63,203 nucleotides of DNA, taken from NCBI GenBank assembly GCA_964475685.1, contig CAYYXP010000258.1, positions 1 to 63,203 on the forward strand, read 5' to 3'. The notes beneath the pieces were generated by a model that saw only the letters and a program-made list of their open reading frames with translations, ran no database searches and was not told the DNA's origin. Shown in pieces: positions 1 through 11,790 of the stretch. The DNA comes from an uncultured Gemmatimonadaceae bacterium (lineage in GTDB: Bacteria > Gemmatimonadota > Gemmatimonadetes > Gemmatimonadales > GWC2-71-9). Every line of letters begins with the position of its first letter. Position 1 is the first letter of the stretch. Both the position numbers and the translations under genes were made by a program.

Positions 1-1
1 G

Positions 2-49
2 GCGGCCGACGTGATCGCGCAGATTCGCGGGACCGATGCTCAGGCCTGA
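2..49 (+). CDS. 3' end of an upstream CDS (partial; runs off the window start)
   Basis: Frame 2 is open from the window edge and reads ...AADVIAQIRGTDAQA before TGA at 47-49. It overlaps the nusB start by 14 nt. Identity unknown; ribH often precedes nusB, but I cannot verify that here. Confidence 0.3.
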   Translation, partial: AADVIAQIRGTDAQA

Positions 50-449
50 AACGAAGAGCCGCGCCCGCGCCCTGCAGCTGCTCTATGCGTGGGAGATGCA
101 GGGCCGCCCGGAGATGCCGGGAATCGCGAGCGGGCTCTCGCGTCTCACCGGGCCGGAGCCGCGCATCCTCGATCGTGCCGAGCAGCTTGCGAACGAGGTC
201 GTGGCGGATGTCGGGGCGCTCGACGCGGAGGCCGCCCGCGCGAGCGAGAACTGGCGCCTCAGCCGCATCGCGGTCGTCGAGCGGAACATCCTGCGGTTGG
301 GCATCCACGAGCTTCGCCGCGGGGAAGTGCCGCCCAAGGTGGCGATCGACGAGGCGGTCCGTCTGGCGCACTGGTTCGGGGGGGTGCGTGCGCCCGGATT
401 CGTGAACGGCGTGCTGGATTGCGTCGCCCGGGCCACCGGGCGGCTGTGA
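36..449 (+). CDS. nusB: Transcription antitermination factor NusB
   Basis: 137-aa ORF. N-terminus SRARALQLLYAWEM plus VERNILRLGIHEL and IDEAVRLAHWFG match the NusB family pattern. Confidence 0.9.
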   Translation: MLRPETKSRARALQLLYAWEMQGRPEMPGIASGLSRLTGPEPRILDRAEQLANEVVADVGALDAEAARASENWRLSRIAVVERNILRLGIHELRRGEVPPKVAIDEAVRLAHWFGGVRAPGFVNGVLDCVARATGRL

Positions 450-471
450 GCGGCGCCCGACGCCTTGGCCG

Positions 472-1590
472 ATGAACATCCTGCTCGTCAACTGGCGGGA
501 CCGGGAGAACCCTGAAGCGGGTGGAGCAGAGGTTCACCTCTTCGAGATCTTCGGCCGGCTCGCCGCCGCGGGCCATCGTGTCCGATTGGTGTGCTCGGGA
601 TGGAAGGGTGGAGCGGCGACGGCCGAGGTGGACGGCGTTCGGGTGGAACGGGTGGGAACTCGGAACAGCTTTGCGGTGCTGGGACGAGGGGCGGTGCGGC
701 GGGCGATACGGTCGGAGCGTCCCGACGTGCTCGTTGAGGACATCAACAAGCTGCCTCTCTTTCTCGCGCACCAGGGAGTACCCTTCTGCGCGCTCGTGCC
801 CCACCTCTTCGGCGGGACAATTTTCCAGGAGGCATCGTGGCCCATCGCGACCGTGCTGTGGCTGGCGGAGCGGCCGGTGCCGCTGGCGTATCGGGGCTCG
901 GCCTTTCACGCGATCAGCGAGAGCACGCGGGACGACCTGGTGGCGCGGGGAATTCCCGCGCGCAGCGTCCGGGTCATCCATCCGGGGGTGGACAGCGCGC
1001 GGCTGACTCCCGATCCCGCCGGCCGGCGCGCGGCGGTGCCGACCTTCTTGTACGTTGGACGGTTGAAGCGTTATAAAGGAATAGGGTACGCCATTCACGC
1101 GTTGGCCGTCGCGCGCCGCGAGCGGCCGGAGCTGCGGCTCGTCATCGCCGGCGCGGGAGACCACGAGCCGGACCTCAAGCGGATGACGGACCGGCTGGGC
1201 CAGGGTGGCGCGGTGGATTTCCACGGCTTCGTGAGCGAGGCCGAGAAGCTCGTCCTGCTCCGGGAATGCTGGGCCAACCTGTTTCCGTCACCCAAGGAGG
1301 GGTGGGGCATCACGGTTGTCGAAGCGGCGGCGTGCGGGACCCCCTCCATCGCGTCGGACAGTCCGGGGCTCCGGGACTCCGTGGTGGACGGCGAGACCGG
1401 GTCCCTCGTTCCCCACGGAGATGTCCGGGCGCTCGCCGACCGCCTGCTCGAGTTCGCGGGCTCGCCCGCGCTGGTCGCTCGCCGTGGCGCCGCGGCCCGC
1501 CGCTTCGCGGAGGGTCTCACCTGGGAAGCCGCCGCGTCGGCCACGGAGCGGCATCTCCACGACATCATCGCCGGCACGGCGCTCCGCTGA
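472..1590 (+). CDS. Glycosyltransferase, family 4 (GT-B fold, group 1)
   Basis: 372-aa ORF. N-terminal MNILLVNW...GGAEVH and C-terminal EGWGITVVEAAACGTPSIASD...DSVVDGETG match the EX7E-type GT1/GT4 signature. Confidence 0.85.
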   Translation: MNILLVNWRDRENPEAGGAEVHLFEIFGRLAAAGHRVRLVCSGWKGGAATAEVDGVRVERVGTRNSFAVLGRGAVRRAIRSERPDVLVEDINKLPLFLAHQGVPFCALVPHLFGGTIFQEASWPIATVLWLAERPVPLAYRGSAFHAISESTRDDLVARGIPARSVRVIHPGVDSARLTPDPAGRRAAVPTFLYVGRLKRYKGIGYAIHALAVARRERPELRLVIAGAGDHEPDLKRMTDRLGQGGAVDFHGFVSEAEKLVLLRECWANLFPSPKEGWGITVVEAAACGTPSIASDSPGLRDSVVDGETGSLVPHGDVRALADRLLEFAGSPALVARRGAAARRFAEGLTWEAAASATERHLHDIIAGTALR

Positions 1591-1605
1591 GCCGGAGGAG
1601 GCATC

Positions 1606-1920
1606 ATGCAGACAACGATCACCGCCCGGCACTGCGAGGTCTCCGACGCGCTGAAGGAGCGCGCGCGCACAGTGGTGGAGCGGTTGGGCGGCATCGCCAC
1701 CCGTCCGATCGAATCGGCGGTGGTGTTCGATACCGAGGGGCCGGCGCAGACCGCCGAGCTCCGGCTCCACGTGGCGCGCGGCGAGGTGCTCGTCGCCCGC
1801 GGCGAGGCTGCGGATCACCGGACCGCGCTCGATCGCGCCGAGGAGAAGATGCGGCGCCAGCTGGAGAGGGCTTCCACCCGTCCGCGCCGCACGCGGACGC
1901 CGCCGTCGCGCTCGTTATGA
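1606..1920 (+). CDS. hpf: Ribosome hibernation promoting factor (short HPF/RaiA, sigma-54 modulation protein family)
   Basis: 104 aa. MQTTITARHCEVSDALKERA...DHRTALDRAEEKMRRQLER is typical of HPF/YfiA. The stop overlaps the hprK start. Confidence 0.85.
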   Translation: MQTTITARHCEVSDALKERARTVVERLGGIATRPIESAVVFDTEGPAQTAELRLHVARGEVLVARGEAADHRTALDRAEEKMRRQLERASTRPRRTRTPPSRSL

Positions 1921-2882
1921 TGCTGCGCCTGCGCGACTTCCTCTCCCGCCGGGGCGACCCGCTCCAGCTCGAGGCGCTCACCGGCGACCTCGGGCTCGAC
2001 CGGCAGATGCCCGAGGCCGAGGTGGCGAGCCCGGGGCTGGTGCTGGCCGGGTACACCGGTCGCTTCGCGCCCAATCGCATCCACGTGCTGGGCGAGACCG
2101 AGATCACCTACCTCAACTCGCTGTCCCCCGAACAGCGTCAGACCTCGCTGGACAAGTTCTTCAGCTACGACCTTCCCTGCATCTTCGTGACCAAGGGGCA
2201 GGAGGTGCCGCCGGAGCTCCTCGAGCTCGCGCGGGCGCGCGCCGTGCCCGTCCTTCGCAGCAAGCTCAAGACGGCGGAGTTCTACCGCCGGGTGAAGCCC
2301 ATCCTCGAGGAGGCGTTCGCGCCGCGCACCACTCTCCACGGCTCGCTGGCGGACGTCTACGGGGTGGGCCTCCTCTTCGTCGGCCGTTCGGGGATCGGGA
2401 AGAGCGAGTGCGTGCTGGACCTGGTCGAGCGGGGCCATCGGCTGGTGGCCGACGATGTCGTGCAGGTCACCCGCCGCGGCAACGACGTCCTCATCGGGCG
2501 GGGGCACGAGCTGGCCGCGCACCACATGGAGATCCGGGGCATCGGGCTGATCGACATTCCCGCGCTCTTCGGCGCGCGCTCGGTGCGCCAGCAGAAGCGG
2601 ATCGAGGTGGTCGTGCAGCTCGAGGCCTGGGAGACCGCCACCGACCCCGATCGCACCGGGCTCGCGCAGGAGGAGACGGTCATCCTCGACGTGGCGCTGC
2701 CCCGCGTGGTCGTGCCGCTCAATCCGGGGAAGAACATCACGGTGATCTCCGAGGTGGTGGCGATGATGCACCTGCTCCGTTACTCGGGTGTGGATGTCGC
2801 CGCCGCCTTCAACGAGCGGCTCATCAAGCGGATGAAGGAGCAGAAGGGGGTCCGGGAATACCTCCAGGATGACTATGAGTGA
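1917..2882 (+). CDS. hprK: HPr kinase/phosphorylase
   Basis: The in-frame ATG at 1917 lies inside the long ORF 1266-2882. Walker A is GRSGIGKSECVLDL and the HprK signature is HMEIRGIGLIDIPALFG. The part of that ORF upstream of 1917 overlaps the GT4 gene and hpf and is R/G/P-rich junk. Confidence 0.9.
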   Translation: MMLRLRDFLSRRGDPLQLEALTGDLGLDRQMPEAEVASPGLVLAGYTGRFAPNRIHVLGETEITYLNSLSPEQRQTSLDKFFSYDLPCIFVTKGQEVPPELLELARARAVPVLRSKLKTAEFYRRVKPILEEAFAPRTTLHGSLADVYGVGLLFVGRSGIGKSECVLDLVERGHRLVADDVVQVTRRGNDVLIGRGHELAAHHMEIRGIGLIDIPALFGARSVRQQKRIEVVVQLEAWETATDPDRTGLAQEETVILDVALPRVVVPLNPGKNITVISEVVAMMHLLRYSGVDVAAAFNERLIKRMKEQKGVREYLQDDYE

Positions 2883-3249
2883 CGGGCTCCGGGGCGTGGT
2901 GGTGTGTCACGCCGGGCTGGCGGAGGCGTTGACCAGGGCGGCCGAGCAGATCACCGGAGTGAGGGGCGCTTTGGTGCCGGTGTCGAACACCGGCTGCGAC
3001 CGGGGCACCCTCGAGGAGAGAGTCGCCCAGGCGGTGAACGGCGGGCCGGCCGTGGTGTTCGTGGATCTTGCGAGCGGATCGTGCTTCGTCGCCGTGCTCA
3101 ACCGGCTGCGGGAGACCGCCGGGGTCCGGGTCGTCACCGGGGTGAATCTCGCGATGCTGGTGGAGTTCCTGTTCCACCGCTCCCTGCCGGCGCCGGAGGC
3201 AGCTGCCCGGGCGGCCGCCGCCGGCGGCAAGGCGATCGGGACCCGTTGA
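2869..3249 (+). CDS. PTS mannose-family EIIA component
   Basis: 126 aa. GVVVCHAGLAEAL (phospho-His context of EIIA-Man) and the fold-typical VFVDLASGSC...VVTGVNLAMLVE. An alternative ATG lies at 2875. Confidence 0.8.
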   Translation: MTMSDGLRGVVVCHAGLAEALTRAAEQITGVRGALVPVSNTGCDRGTLEERVAQAVNGGPAVVFVDLASGSCFVAVLNRLRETAGVRVVTGVNLAMLVEFLFHRSLPAPEAAARAAAAGGKAIGTR

Positions 3250-3722
3250 TGCCGATCGTGCTCTGTCGGGTGGACGACCGGCTGGTGCACGGGCAAGTCG
3301 TCATCGGATGGGGGCGGCCGATGGCGATCGAGCTCATCATCCTGGTGGACGACGCCGTCGCCGCGAGCCCGTGGGAGCAGGATCTCTACCGCATGGCGGT
3401 CTCCGACATCGAGTTGCAGTTCGCCAGCGTGGCGGAGGCGTCGCCGAAGCTCCGCGAGTGGGAGGGCGGCTCCCGGCGCGTTCTCCTGCTGACCGGGGAC
3501 CTCCCGACCATGGCGGCGCTCCGCGCCGCCGAGCCCTCGGTGGTCCGCCGCATCAATCTCGGCGGCGTGCATCACCGGCCGGGCCGGCGCGAACGGCTGC
3601 CGTACCTGTACCTCACCGATGACGAGCTGAGGGGCCTCCTCGCCCTCGAGGCGAGTGGAACGGACATCCAGGCGCAGGACCTGCCCACGACCGCGGTGGT
3701 CCCGCTGAGGTCGCTCTCGTGA
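3249..3722 (+). CDS. PTS mannose/sorbose-family EIIB component
   Basis: ATG at 3249 shares one nucleotide with the EIIA stop (TGATG). CRVDDRLVHGQVV matches the IIB-Man phospho-His motif RIDDRLIHGQV. Confidence 0.8.
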   Translation: MPIVLCRVDDRLVHGQVVIGWGRPMAIELIILVDDAVAASPWEQDLYRMAVSDIELQFASVAEASPKLREWEGGSRRVLLLTGDLPTMAALRAAEPSVVRRINLGGVHHRPGRRERLPYLYLTDDELRGLLALEASGTDIQAQDLPTTAVVPLRSLS

Positions 3723-4396
3723 GCACCGCGCTGCCGTTCGGCGTTCTCGTCGTCTGGGGAACAATTGCCGCGCTCGATCTGGTGAGCGTCCCCCAGGGAT
3801 TGCTCTCCCGCCCGCTCGTGGTCGGCACGGTCGCGGGGTGGCTCGCCGGTGATCTCGAGGCCGGGATTCGAATCGGCGTGCTCTTTGAGTGCTTCGCTCT
3901 CGACGTCCTCCCCATCGGGGCGGTGCGCTACCCCGACTACGGGCCGGCCACCGTCGCCGCCGTGGCGCTCGCCGCCGGGGCGCCGTGGGAGCTCGGACTC
4001 GGCGTCGCGGCGGTGCTGGGACTCGTCCTCTCGGCCATCGGCGGGTGGAGCATGCAGCTGGTGCGACGGTGGAACGCGCGCGCCATCCAGAAGCGCTCCG
4101 CGGCGCTCGCGGCCGGAGAGGGCAGCGCGATCCGACTGCTTCAGTACGGGGGATTGCTTCGCGACGCGCTCCGCGGGGCCACGCTCACGGCCGTCGGGCT
4201 CGCCGTCGTGGTGCTGGCCTGGCAACCGGTATACTCGCTGGACCGGCGGACCGCGTTGGGCCTCAGCCTCGTCGCCATCGGTGGGGCGCTCTCTGCGGCG
4301 GTGAGCGGGGCGATCCGGAGCGCGGGGAGGGGCGCGCGCCTCCGGTGGCTGCTCGGTGGCTCCGCTCTCGGGCTTGTGCTGGCGGCGCTCGGGTGA
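3719..4396 (+). CDS. PTS mannose-family EIIC-like membrane component (short, 225 aa)
   Basis: GTG start in a GTGA overlap. Multi-pass hydrophobic protein in the IIC slot of a IIA-IIB-IIC-IID series. The call rests mostly on context and topology. Confidence 0.65.
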   Translation: MSTALPFGVLVVWGTIAALDLVSVPQGLLSRPLVVGTVAGWLAGDLEAGIRIGVLFECFALDVLPIGAVRYPDYGPATVAAVALAAGAPWELGLGVAAVLGLVLSAIGGWSMQLVRRWNARAIQKRSAALAAGEGSAIRLLQYGGLLRDALRGATLTAVGLAVVVLAWQPVYSLDRRTALGLSLVAIGGALSAAVSGAIRSAGRGARLRWLLGGSALGLVLAALG

Positions 4397-5127
4397 ACGG
4401 CGGATGGCGGGCCCTGCTCCGGCTCTTCGCGATCCAGGGCACCTGGAACTACGAGCGCATGCTCGGCGTGGGGATGGGGTATGCCGCCGAGCCGCTCCTC
4501 GAGGATCTCAAGACGGTGGACCCGGTGCGCCACGGCGAGGCGGTCGTGCGGTCCGCGGAGTTCTTCAACTGCAACCCCAACCTCGCCGGGCTCGCGCTCG
4601 GCGCGACGGTGCGGGCCGAATACGAGGCGGTGCCGGGGGCCCAGATTGTCCGGCTTCGCACCGCCCTCTGCAGCCCGCTCGGCGCTCTCGGGGACGAGCT
4701 GTTCTGGGCGGGCATGGTGCCCGCGCTGGTCGGCGTGGCTCTCGCCGCCGCGGTGCTCGGGGCAGGGTGGTGGGCCATTGCAGGGCTGCTCGCGACGTAT
4801 AATCTGTTCCGGCTCGGCACCGGGATCTGGGCGCTGCGTACCGGGTACAACGCGGGGATGAGCGTTGGGTCGGCCATCGGCGCGTCGTGGGTGCCGCGCG
4901 CGGTGGCGCGCATCGGTCCGGTGGCGGGTTTCACGGTGGGGATGGCGATTCCACTGGCGGCCGGATGGTTCCTGCGCGGCTTCGGGTGGCCGGGCGGGCT
5001 CGGGGCGGCGGCTCTTGCCGCTGTGGGCGTGGCGGTGACGCGATGGTCCGGGCCCTGGCTCACGAGCGTGCGCTTCACCCTGCTGGCGATGGCGCTCCTT
5101 CTGCTCTTCAGGCGGGTGGGCCTGTGA
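4393..5127 (+). CDS. PTS mannose-family EIID-like membrane component (244 aa)
   Basis: GTG at 4393 in a GTGA overlap. N-terminal LFAIQGTWNYERMLGVGMGYA and FFNCNPNLAG resemble the IID-Man N-terminal signature. Confidence 0.7.
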   Translation: MNGGWRALLRLFAIQGTWNYERMLGVGMGYAAEPLLEDLKTVDPVRHGEAVVRSAEFFNCNPNLAGLALGATVRAEYEAVPGAQIVRLRTALCSPLGALGDELFWAGMVPALVGVALAAAVLGAGWWAIAGLLATYNLFRLGTGIWALRTGYNAGMSVGSAIGASWVPRAVARIGPVAGFTVGMAIPLAAGWFLRGFGWPGGLGAAALAAVGVAVTRWSGPWLTSVRFTLLAMALLLLFRRVGL

Positions 5128-5390
5128 TCGAGCGGGAAGCCACCATCGTGAACCAGGAGGGCATCCACGCCCGCCCTGCCGCGCGGATCGTGCGCCTGGC
5201 AAACACCTTCACCGCGAACATCGAGCTCGCGAAGGACGGAGTCGGAGTGAACGGAAAGAGTATCATGGGGGTGATGATGCTCGCGGCGGAATGCGGCAGC
5301 TCCATCACCGTCCGCGCGGACGGCCCGGACGAGGAGCAGGCGGTTGCCGCGCTGGCCGACCTCGTGGCCAGCGGGTTCGGGGAGCCGTAG
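5124..5390 (+). CDS. ptsH: Phosphocarrier protein HPr
   Basis: GTG at 5124 in a GTGA overlap; 88 aa. His15 context is NQEGIHARPAA and Ser46 context is NGKSIMGVMML. Confidence 0.9.
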   Translation: MIEREATIVNQEGIHARPAARIVRLANTFTANIELAKDGVGVNGKSIMGVMMLAAECGSSITVRADGPDEEQAVAALADLVASGFGEP

Positions 5391-5391
5391 G

Positions 5392-7200
5392 ATGTCGCGC
5401 ACCCTGAGGGGGGTCGGTGTTTCCCCCGGCGTGGCCTGCGCGCCGGCGCTCGTGGTGCGCTGGGAGTTCCCCGGCGTTCCCGACAGGGCCGTGCGCCCCG
5501 ATGAGGTAGATGTCGAGGTCCGCCGGCTTCGCGATGCCGTCGACATCGTCGTCAGTGACCTGCGCGATCTCGGACAGCGGGTGCTGAAGCGCGCCGGCCC
5601 CGAGGAGTCCCGGATCTTCGACGCGCAGATTCTGATGGCGCAGGACGAGGACTTCCTCGCGTCGGTCGAGACGCTGATCCGGAACAACCAGCTCAGCGCC
5701 GAGACCGCCTACGAGTTCAAGGCGCTCGAGCTCAGGAACCAGTGGTCGGGCGCCGCGCGGCTGCGCGAACGCCTGGCCGATCTCCACGCCATCCAGCTCC
5801 GGATGCTCAACCAGCTCCTGGGCCGCTCGGGCCCGGAGCCTTGGTCGGTCCCCGACGAGCACGTCATCGTGGTGGCGCACGAGCTGTCGCCGGGCCTCAC
5901 GGTGCAGCTCGATCGCGAGCACGTGGTCGGGCTGGTCAGCGAGGAGGGCACCCGCACCGCGCACGCGGCCATCCTCGCCCACTCCCTCGGCATCCCGGCG
6001 GTAATGGGGGCGGTCGGCGCTCTGGCGGAGATCCCGGCGGGCACGATGCTTCTGCTCGACGGCCAGAGCGGCACCATCGTCCTCGACCCCACCCGCGCCG
6101 AGCTGGAGGAGGCCAAGACCCAGGTGAGCCGCCGCCACCGCCTCGAGCTCCAGCTCGAAGCGGTGGTGGACGCGCCGGCGGTCACCCCCTCGGGCCGGCC
6201 GATCAAGCTGATGGGCAACGTGGACCTCCCCGAGGAGATCGAGCCGGCGGTGCGGATGGGGGCCCAGGGGGTCGGCCTGCTACGCACCGAATTCCTGCTC
6301 ACCGGGCGCGCCACCCTGCCCACCGAGGACGAGCAGACCGACTACTTCCGGCGCATCGCCTCGGCGTTTCCCGGGCACCCGGTGGTGATTCGCTCGTTCG
6401 ATCTCGGCGGCGACAAGTTTCCCGTGGCGTTCAAGACCTCGGCCGAGGCCAATCCCTTCCTCGGCTGGCGCTCGATCCGCGTCTGCCTCGACGAGCCGGA
6501 GGTCTTCCGCCCGCAGGTCCGCGCCATTCTCCGGGCGGCGGCCGACCGCGACGTCCAGCTCATGCTCCCGCTGGTGACGCTGGTGGAGGAGGTCGAGCAG
6601 GCCCGCGCGATCGTGCAGGAAGAGGCCGAGGCCTTGTGGCGGGACGGTGTGCGCGCTGCCAGGTCGGTCCCGGTGGGCGTGATGATGGAAACACCCGCGG
6701 CCGTGCTCATCGCCGACCATCTTGCCGAGGTGAGCGACTTCTTCAGTGTGGGGACCAACGATCTCACCCAGTACACGATGGCGGTGGACCGCGGCAACGC
6801 CCGCCTCGCCGACCGCTTCACGCCGCTCCATCCGTCGATCGTCCGGCAGCTGCACCAGATGGTCGCCATCGGCCGCGCGGCCAATATCCCGGTGAGCGTT
6901 TGCGGCGAGATGGCCTCCGAGGCGCTGAGCGCCGTGCTGCTCCTCGGCCTCGGCTACGAACGCCTCAGTGTGTCCCCCCCGGCACTCCCGCTGGTCAAGT
7001 GGGTCATCCGCACCGTGCCCGAGCCGGCGGCGCGACAGGCGGCCGAGTCGGCGCTCCAGGCCCGAAGCGCGGAGGAGGTGTCGGAGGCGCTCCGCAGCGT
7101 GGTCGGCGAGTACATCGACGTCCGGCTTCTCGACCCCCAATCGGCGTTGCCCGGCCGGCGCCGCGTGGCTACCTTGCCACCCGGCACGGCGGCATTCTAG
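5392..7200 (+). CDS. ptsI: Phosphoenolpyruvate-protein phosphotransferase (PTS Enzyme I)
   Basis: ATG at 5392 lies 2 nt after the HPr stop. Active-site region is [19 protein letters not shown]. The C-terminal PEP-utiliser domain shows [12 protein letters not shown] and VCGEMA. Confidence 0.92.
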   Translation: MSRTLRGVGVSPGVACAPALVVRWEFPGVPDRAVRPDEVDVEVRRLRDAVDIVVSDLRDLGQRVLKRAGPEESRIFDAQILMAQDEDFLASVETLIRNNQLSAETAYEFKALELRNQWSGAARLRERLADLHAIQLRMLNQLLGRSGPEPWSVPDEHVIVVAHELSPGLTVQLDREHVVGLVSEEGTRTAHAAILAHSLGIPAVMGAVGALAEIPAGTMLLLDGQSGTIVLDPTRAELEEAKTQVSRRHRLELQLEAVVDAPAVTPSGRPIKLMGNVDLPEEIEPAVRMGAQGVGLLRTEFLLTGRATLPTEDEQTDYFRRIASAFPGHPVVIRSFDLGGDKFPVAFKTSAEANPFLGWRSIRVCLDEPEVFRPQVRAILRAAADRDVQLMLPLVTLVEEVEQARAIVQEEAEALWRDGVRAARSVPVGVMMETPAAVLIADHLAEVSDFFSVGTNDLTQYTMAVDRGNARLADRFTPLHPSIVRQLHQMVAIGRAANIPVSVCGEMASEALSAVLLLGLGYERLSVSPPALPLVKWVIRTVPEPAARQAAESALQARSAEEVSEALRSVVGEYIDVRLLDPQSALPGRRRVATLPPGTAAF

Positions 7201-7241
7201 GCCGCCTTTTTCTCTTTCCCCGGTCGGGGGTACCGCTGCGC

Positions 7242-9829
<2,588 letters not shown>

Positions 9830-9861
9830 CAAGCCGCAGCGTGCCGACCGCGAAGTGCAAG

Positions 9862-9900
9862 AAGTCGCAGGTCGTCGCTCGGCGACTTGCGACTTTCTAC
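9862..9900 (+). terminator. Rho-independent terminator downstream of ahcY
   Basis: 13-bp stem AAGTCGCAGGTCG / CGACTTGCGACTT (one G-U pair) with an 8-nt loop, followed by TCTACTTCTC. Confidence 0.6.
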
Positions 9901-9926
9901 TTCTCACTTCATGCTAGATTACCGCA

Positions 9927-10418
9927 ATGATCGAAGTCACCGTGGCGCACCTCGGGCTCGACCGCACCTCCAACACGCCGGTCGTGATCCTGCGCGAGAA
10001 AGAGGGGAGCCGGGTGCTCCCGATCTGGATCGGCCCGGCCGAGGCCAGCGCCATCGCCATGGAGCTGCAGGGCATGAAAGCGCAGCGGCCGCTCACCCAC
10101 GATCTGCTCAAGCAGATCCTGGTCGGCCTCGGCGGCGATCTCCGGCGGGTCTTCATCAGCGCGGTCAAGGAGAACACCTACTTCGCCGAGCTGCTCATCC
10201 GGCGAGAGGACCACGTGTTCCAGGTTGATGCGCGGCCCTCCGACAGCATCGCCCTGGCGCTCCGGATGCGCGCTCCCATCTTCACGAGCGAACAGCTGCT
10301 CGATCAGAGCGGCGTCGAGGCCGATGGGCCCGCCCCCGATCCGTCACTCGAGGCGGACAAGCTCAAGCAGTATCTCGAGAAGATGGACCCGCAGGACTTC
10401 GGAAAGTTCAATCCGTAG
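9927..10418 (+). CDS. Bifunctional nuclease family protein (BFN/DUF151)
   Basis: 163 aa. PVVILREKEGSRVLPIWIGPAEASAIAMELQG...RPLTHDLL...ARPSDSIALALR matches the DUF151 pattern. Confidence 0.8.
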   Translation: MIEVTVAHLGLDRTSNTPVVILREKEGSRVLPIWIGPAEASAIAMELQGMKAQRPLTHDLLKQILVGLGGDLRRVFISAVKENTYFAELLIRREDHVFQVDARPSDSIALALRMRAPIFTSEQLLDQSGVEADGPAPDPSLEADKLKQYLEKMDPQDFGKFNP

Positions 10419-11541
10419 TCGCCTCCTCGGCGCCCTGTGCGCCTGTGCCGTGCTCGGCACGCCCGCCACCATCCGTGCCCAGAGCGCCGCCGTCGGCGTG
10501 GTCGAACTCCCCCGCGTTGCCGACACTGTCGCAGTGCCCGGCGTCCGCGTTCTCCTCCACCGGGTGGCGGGGGACTCGCAAGGCCCCATCGATTCCACCA
10601 TAACGGATGACCGTGGCCGGTTCCGCTTTCAGGTTCACGCCGACACCGGGGCGGAGTATCTCCTGAGCGCGATGTACGCCGGGATCGAGCACTTCTCGAA
10701 TCCGGAGCACGCCGATCCCGCGCTGCCCGACGCCATGGTCCGCATCCTCGTTTTCGACACGTCGAGCACCGCACCGGTGAAGCTCGCCTCGCGGGCCATC
10801 GTCGTGGGCCGGCCTGTGGGCCGGCCTGGAGAGACCGGGGCCCGGCCGGTGCTCGAGGTCATTGTCCTGCGGAATGACGGGAGCCTGGCGAGGGTGGCGG
10901 GCGACTCCACCCGGCCAACGTGGGGCATGGAGCTTCCCGCGGGGTCGTCCCGGGCGCAGCTCGGCGAAGGCGACTTTTCCCCCGAGGCCATGACCTCGCG
11001 GGGGGATTCGGTTCTCCTCTTCGCCCCGATCGGTCCCGGCGCCAGGCAGCTCATGCTGGAGTACCGGATTCCCGGCGGCCAGAGCGCCGTGGATTTTCCT
11101 CTCGACACCGGCGTCATGGTGAGTGTCCTGGTCGAGGAGAGCGGCGCGGATGTCAGGGGCGGGACGCTCGCACCCGTAGACAGCGAGCTGGTCGCCACGC
11201 GGTGGTTTCACCGGTGGAGCGGCCGGATCGTTGAGAAGCCGGGGGTGCGTCTCACCTTCTGGCGGGAGGAGAGCACACCGCGCCAGCTCCTGGCCGGCCT
11301 TGTCGCGGGCGTGGCCCTGGCCCTCGGTTTTGCCGGATGGCGCGTCGCGGCGCGGCGGGTGGCTCGGCCGCAGCCGGCTGCACCCGATCAGCTCATCGAG
11401 ACCCTCGCGGAACTCGACGCGCGCTACGCGGGCCGCGAGTCCGAGGTGCCGGCCGACGAGTGGAGCCGGTATCGGGAAGAGCGGGCGAGGCTCAAGGCCG
11501 CGCTCGAAACGGCTCTTGCGGCGGTGAGTGCGTCCCGGTAG
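10324..11541 (+). CDS. Hypothetical exported, C-terminally membrane-anchored protein with a CarboxypepD_reg-like domain
   Basis: Signal-like LLGALCACAVLGTPATIRAQ; VPGVRVLLHRV...TDDRGRFRFQV; a TM segment LLAGLVAGVALALGFAGW near the C-terminus; then a charged tail. The start is uncertain. The only upstream ATG (10324) overlaps the BFN gene by 95 nt, and GTG at 10450 would remove the signal peptide. Confidence 0.55.
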   Translation: MGPPPIRHSRRTSSSSISRRWTRRTSESSIRSRLLGALCACAVLGTPATIRAQSAAVGVVELPRVADTVAVPGVRVLLHRVAGDSQGPIDSTITDDRGRFRFQVHADTGAEYLLSAMYAGIEHFSNPEHADPALPDAMVRILVFDTSSTAPVKLASRAIVVGRPVGRPGETGARPVLEVIVLRNDGSLARVAGDSTRPTWGMELPAGSSRAQLGEGDFSPEAMTSRGDSVLLFAPIGPGARQLMLEYRIPGGQSAVDFPLDTGVMVSVLVEESGADVRGGTLAPVDSELVATRWFHRWSGRIVEKPGVRLTFWREESTPRQLLAGLVAGVALALGFAGWRVAARRVARPQPAAPDQLIETLAELDARYAGRESEVPADEWSRYREERARLKAALETALAAVSASR

Positions 11542-11559
11542 ACTTGCCCACGAAGGACA

Positions 11560-11725
11560 ATCGTAGTCCGCGAACGGGGACGCTCGGAATCCGGTGCAAT
11601 ACCGGTGCGGCCCCGCCACTGTAACGGGCAGGGCTCCCCGCGGGGAGCCCCCACTTCGCTCACGACGCCACTGGGAAACCGGGAAGGCGAGCGAAGGCCC
11701 GAAGCCAGGAGACCTCTCCGTTCGC
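11560..11725 (+). promoter_or_regulatory. Cobalamin (B12) riboswitch aptamer
   Basis: Conserved core strings GGTGCAATACCGGTGCGGCCCCGCCACTGTAA, GCCACTGGGAAACCGGGAAGGC and the B12 box GAAGCCAGGAGACC (11701-11714). It sits directly upstream of a BtuF/C/D-type operon. Confidence 0.85.
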
Positions 11726-11790
11726 GCCACCATGAATACCCTCGGGGGAGGGTCGGTGGCGCGTTCGACGGCCCTCCGGCCCTCGGTCTC

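Noticed and set aside
5742-7241. N-terminal extensions of composite ORFs. Examples: 5742-8477 before metK, 7739-8485 before ahcY, 1266-1916 before hprK, 35302-36591 before the PD40 gene, 24534-25241 before cysK and 60968-61627 before the UbiA gene.
   Set aside because: The extensions overlap other well-supported genes in another frame and translate to R/G/P-rich low-complexity sequence. The homologous protein begins at an internal ATG or GTG, usually in a 4-nt overlap with the upstream stop.
7201-7241. A SAM riboswitch upstream of metK.
   Set aside because: The spacer is only 41 nt, too short for any known SAM aptamer, and no conserved SAM-I or SAM-II strings are visible.
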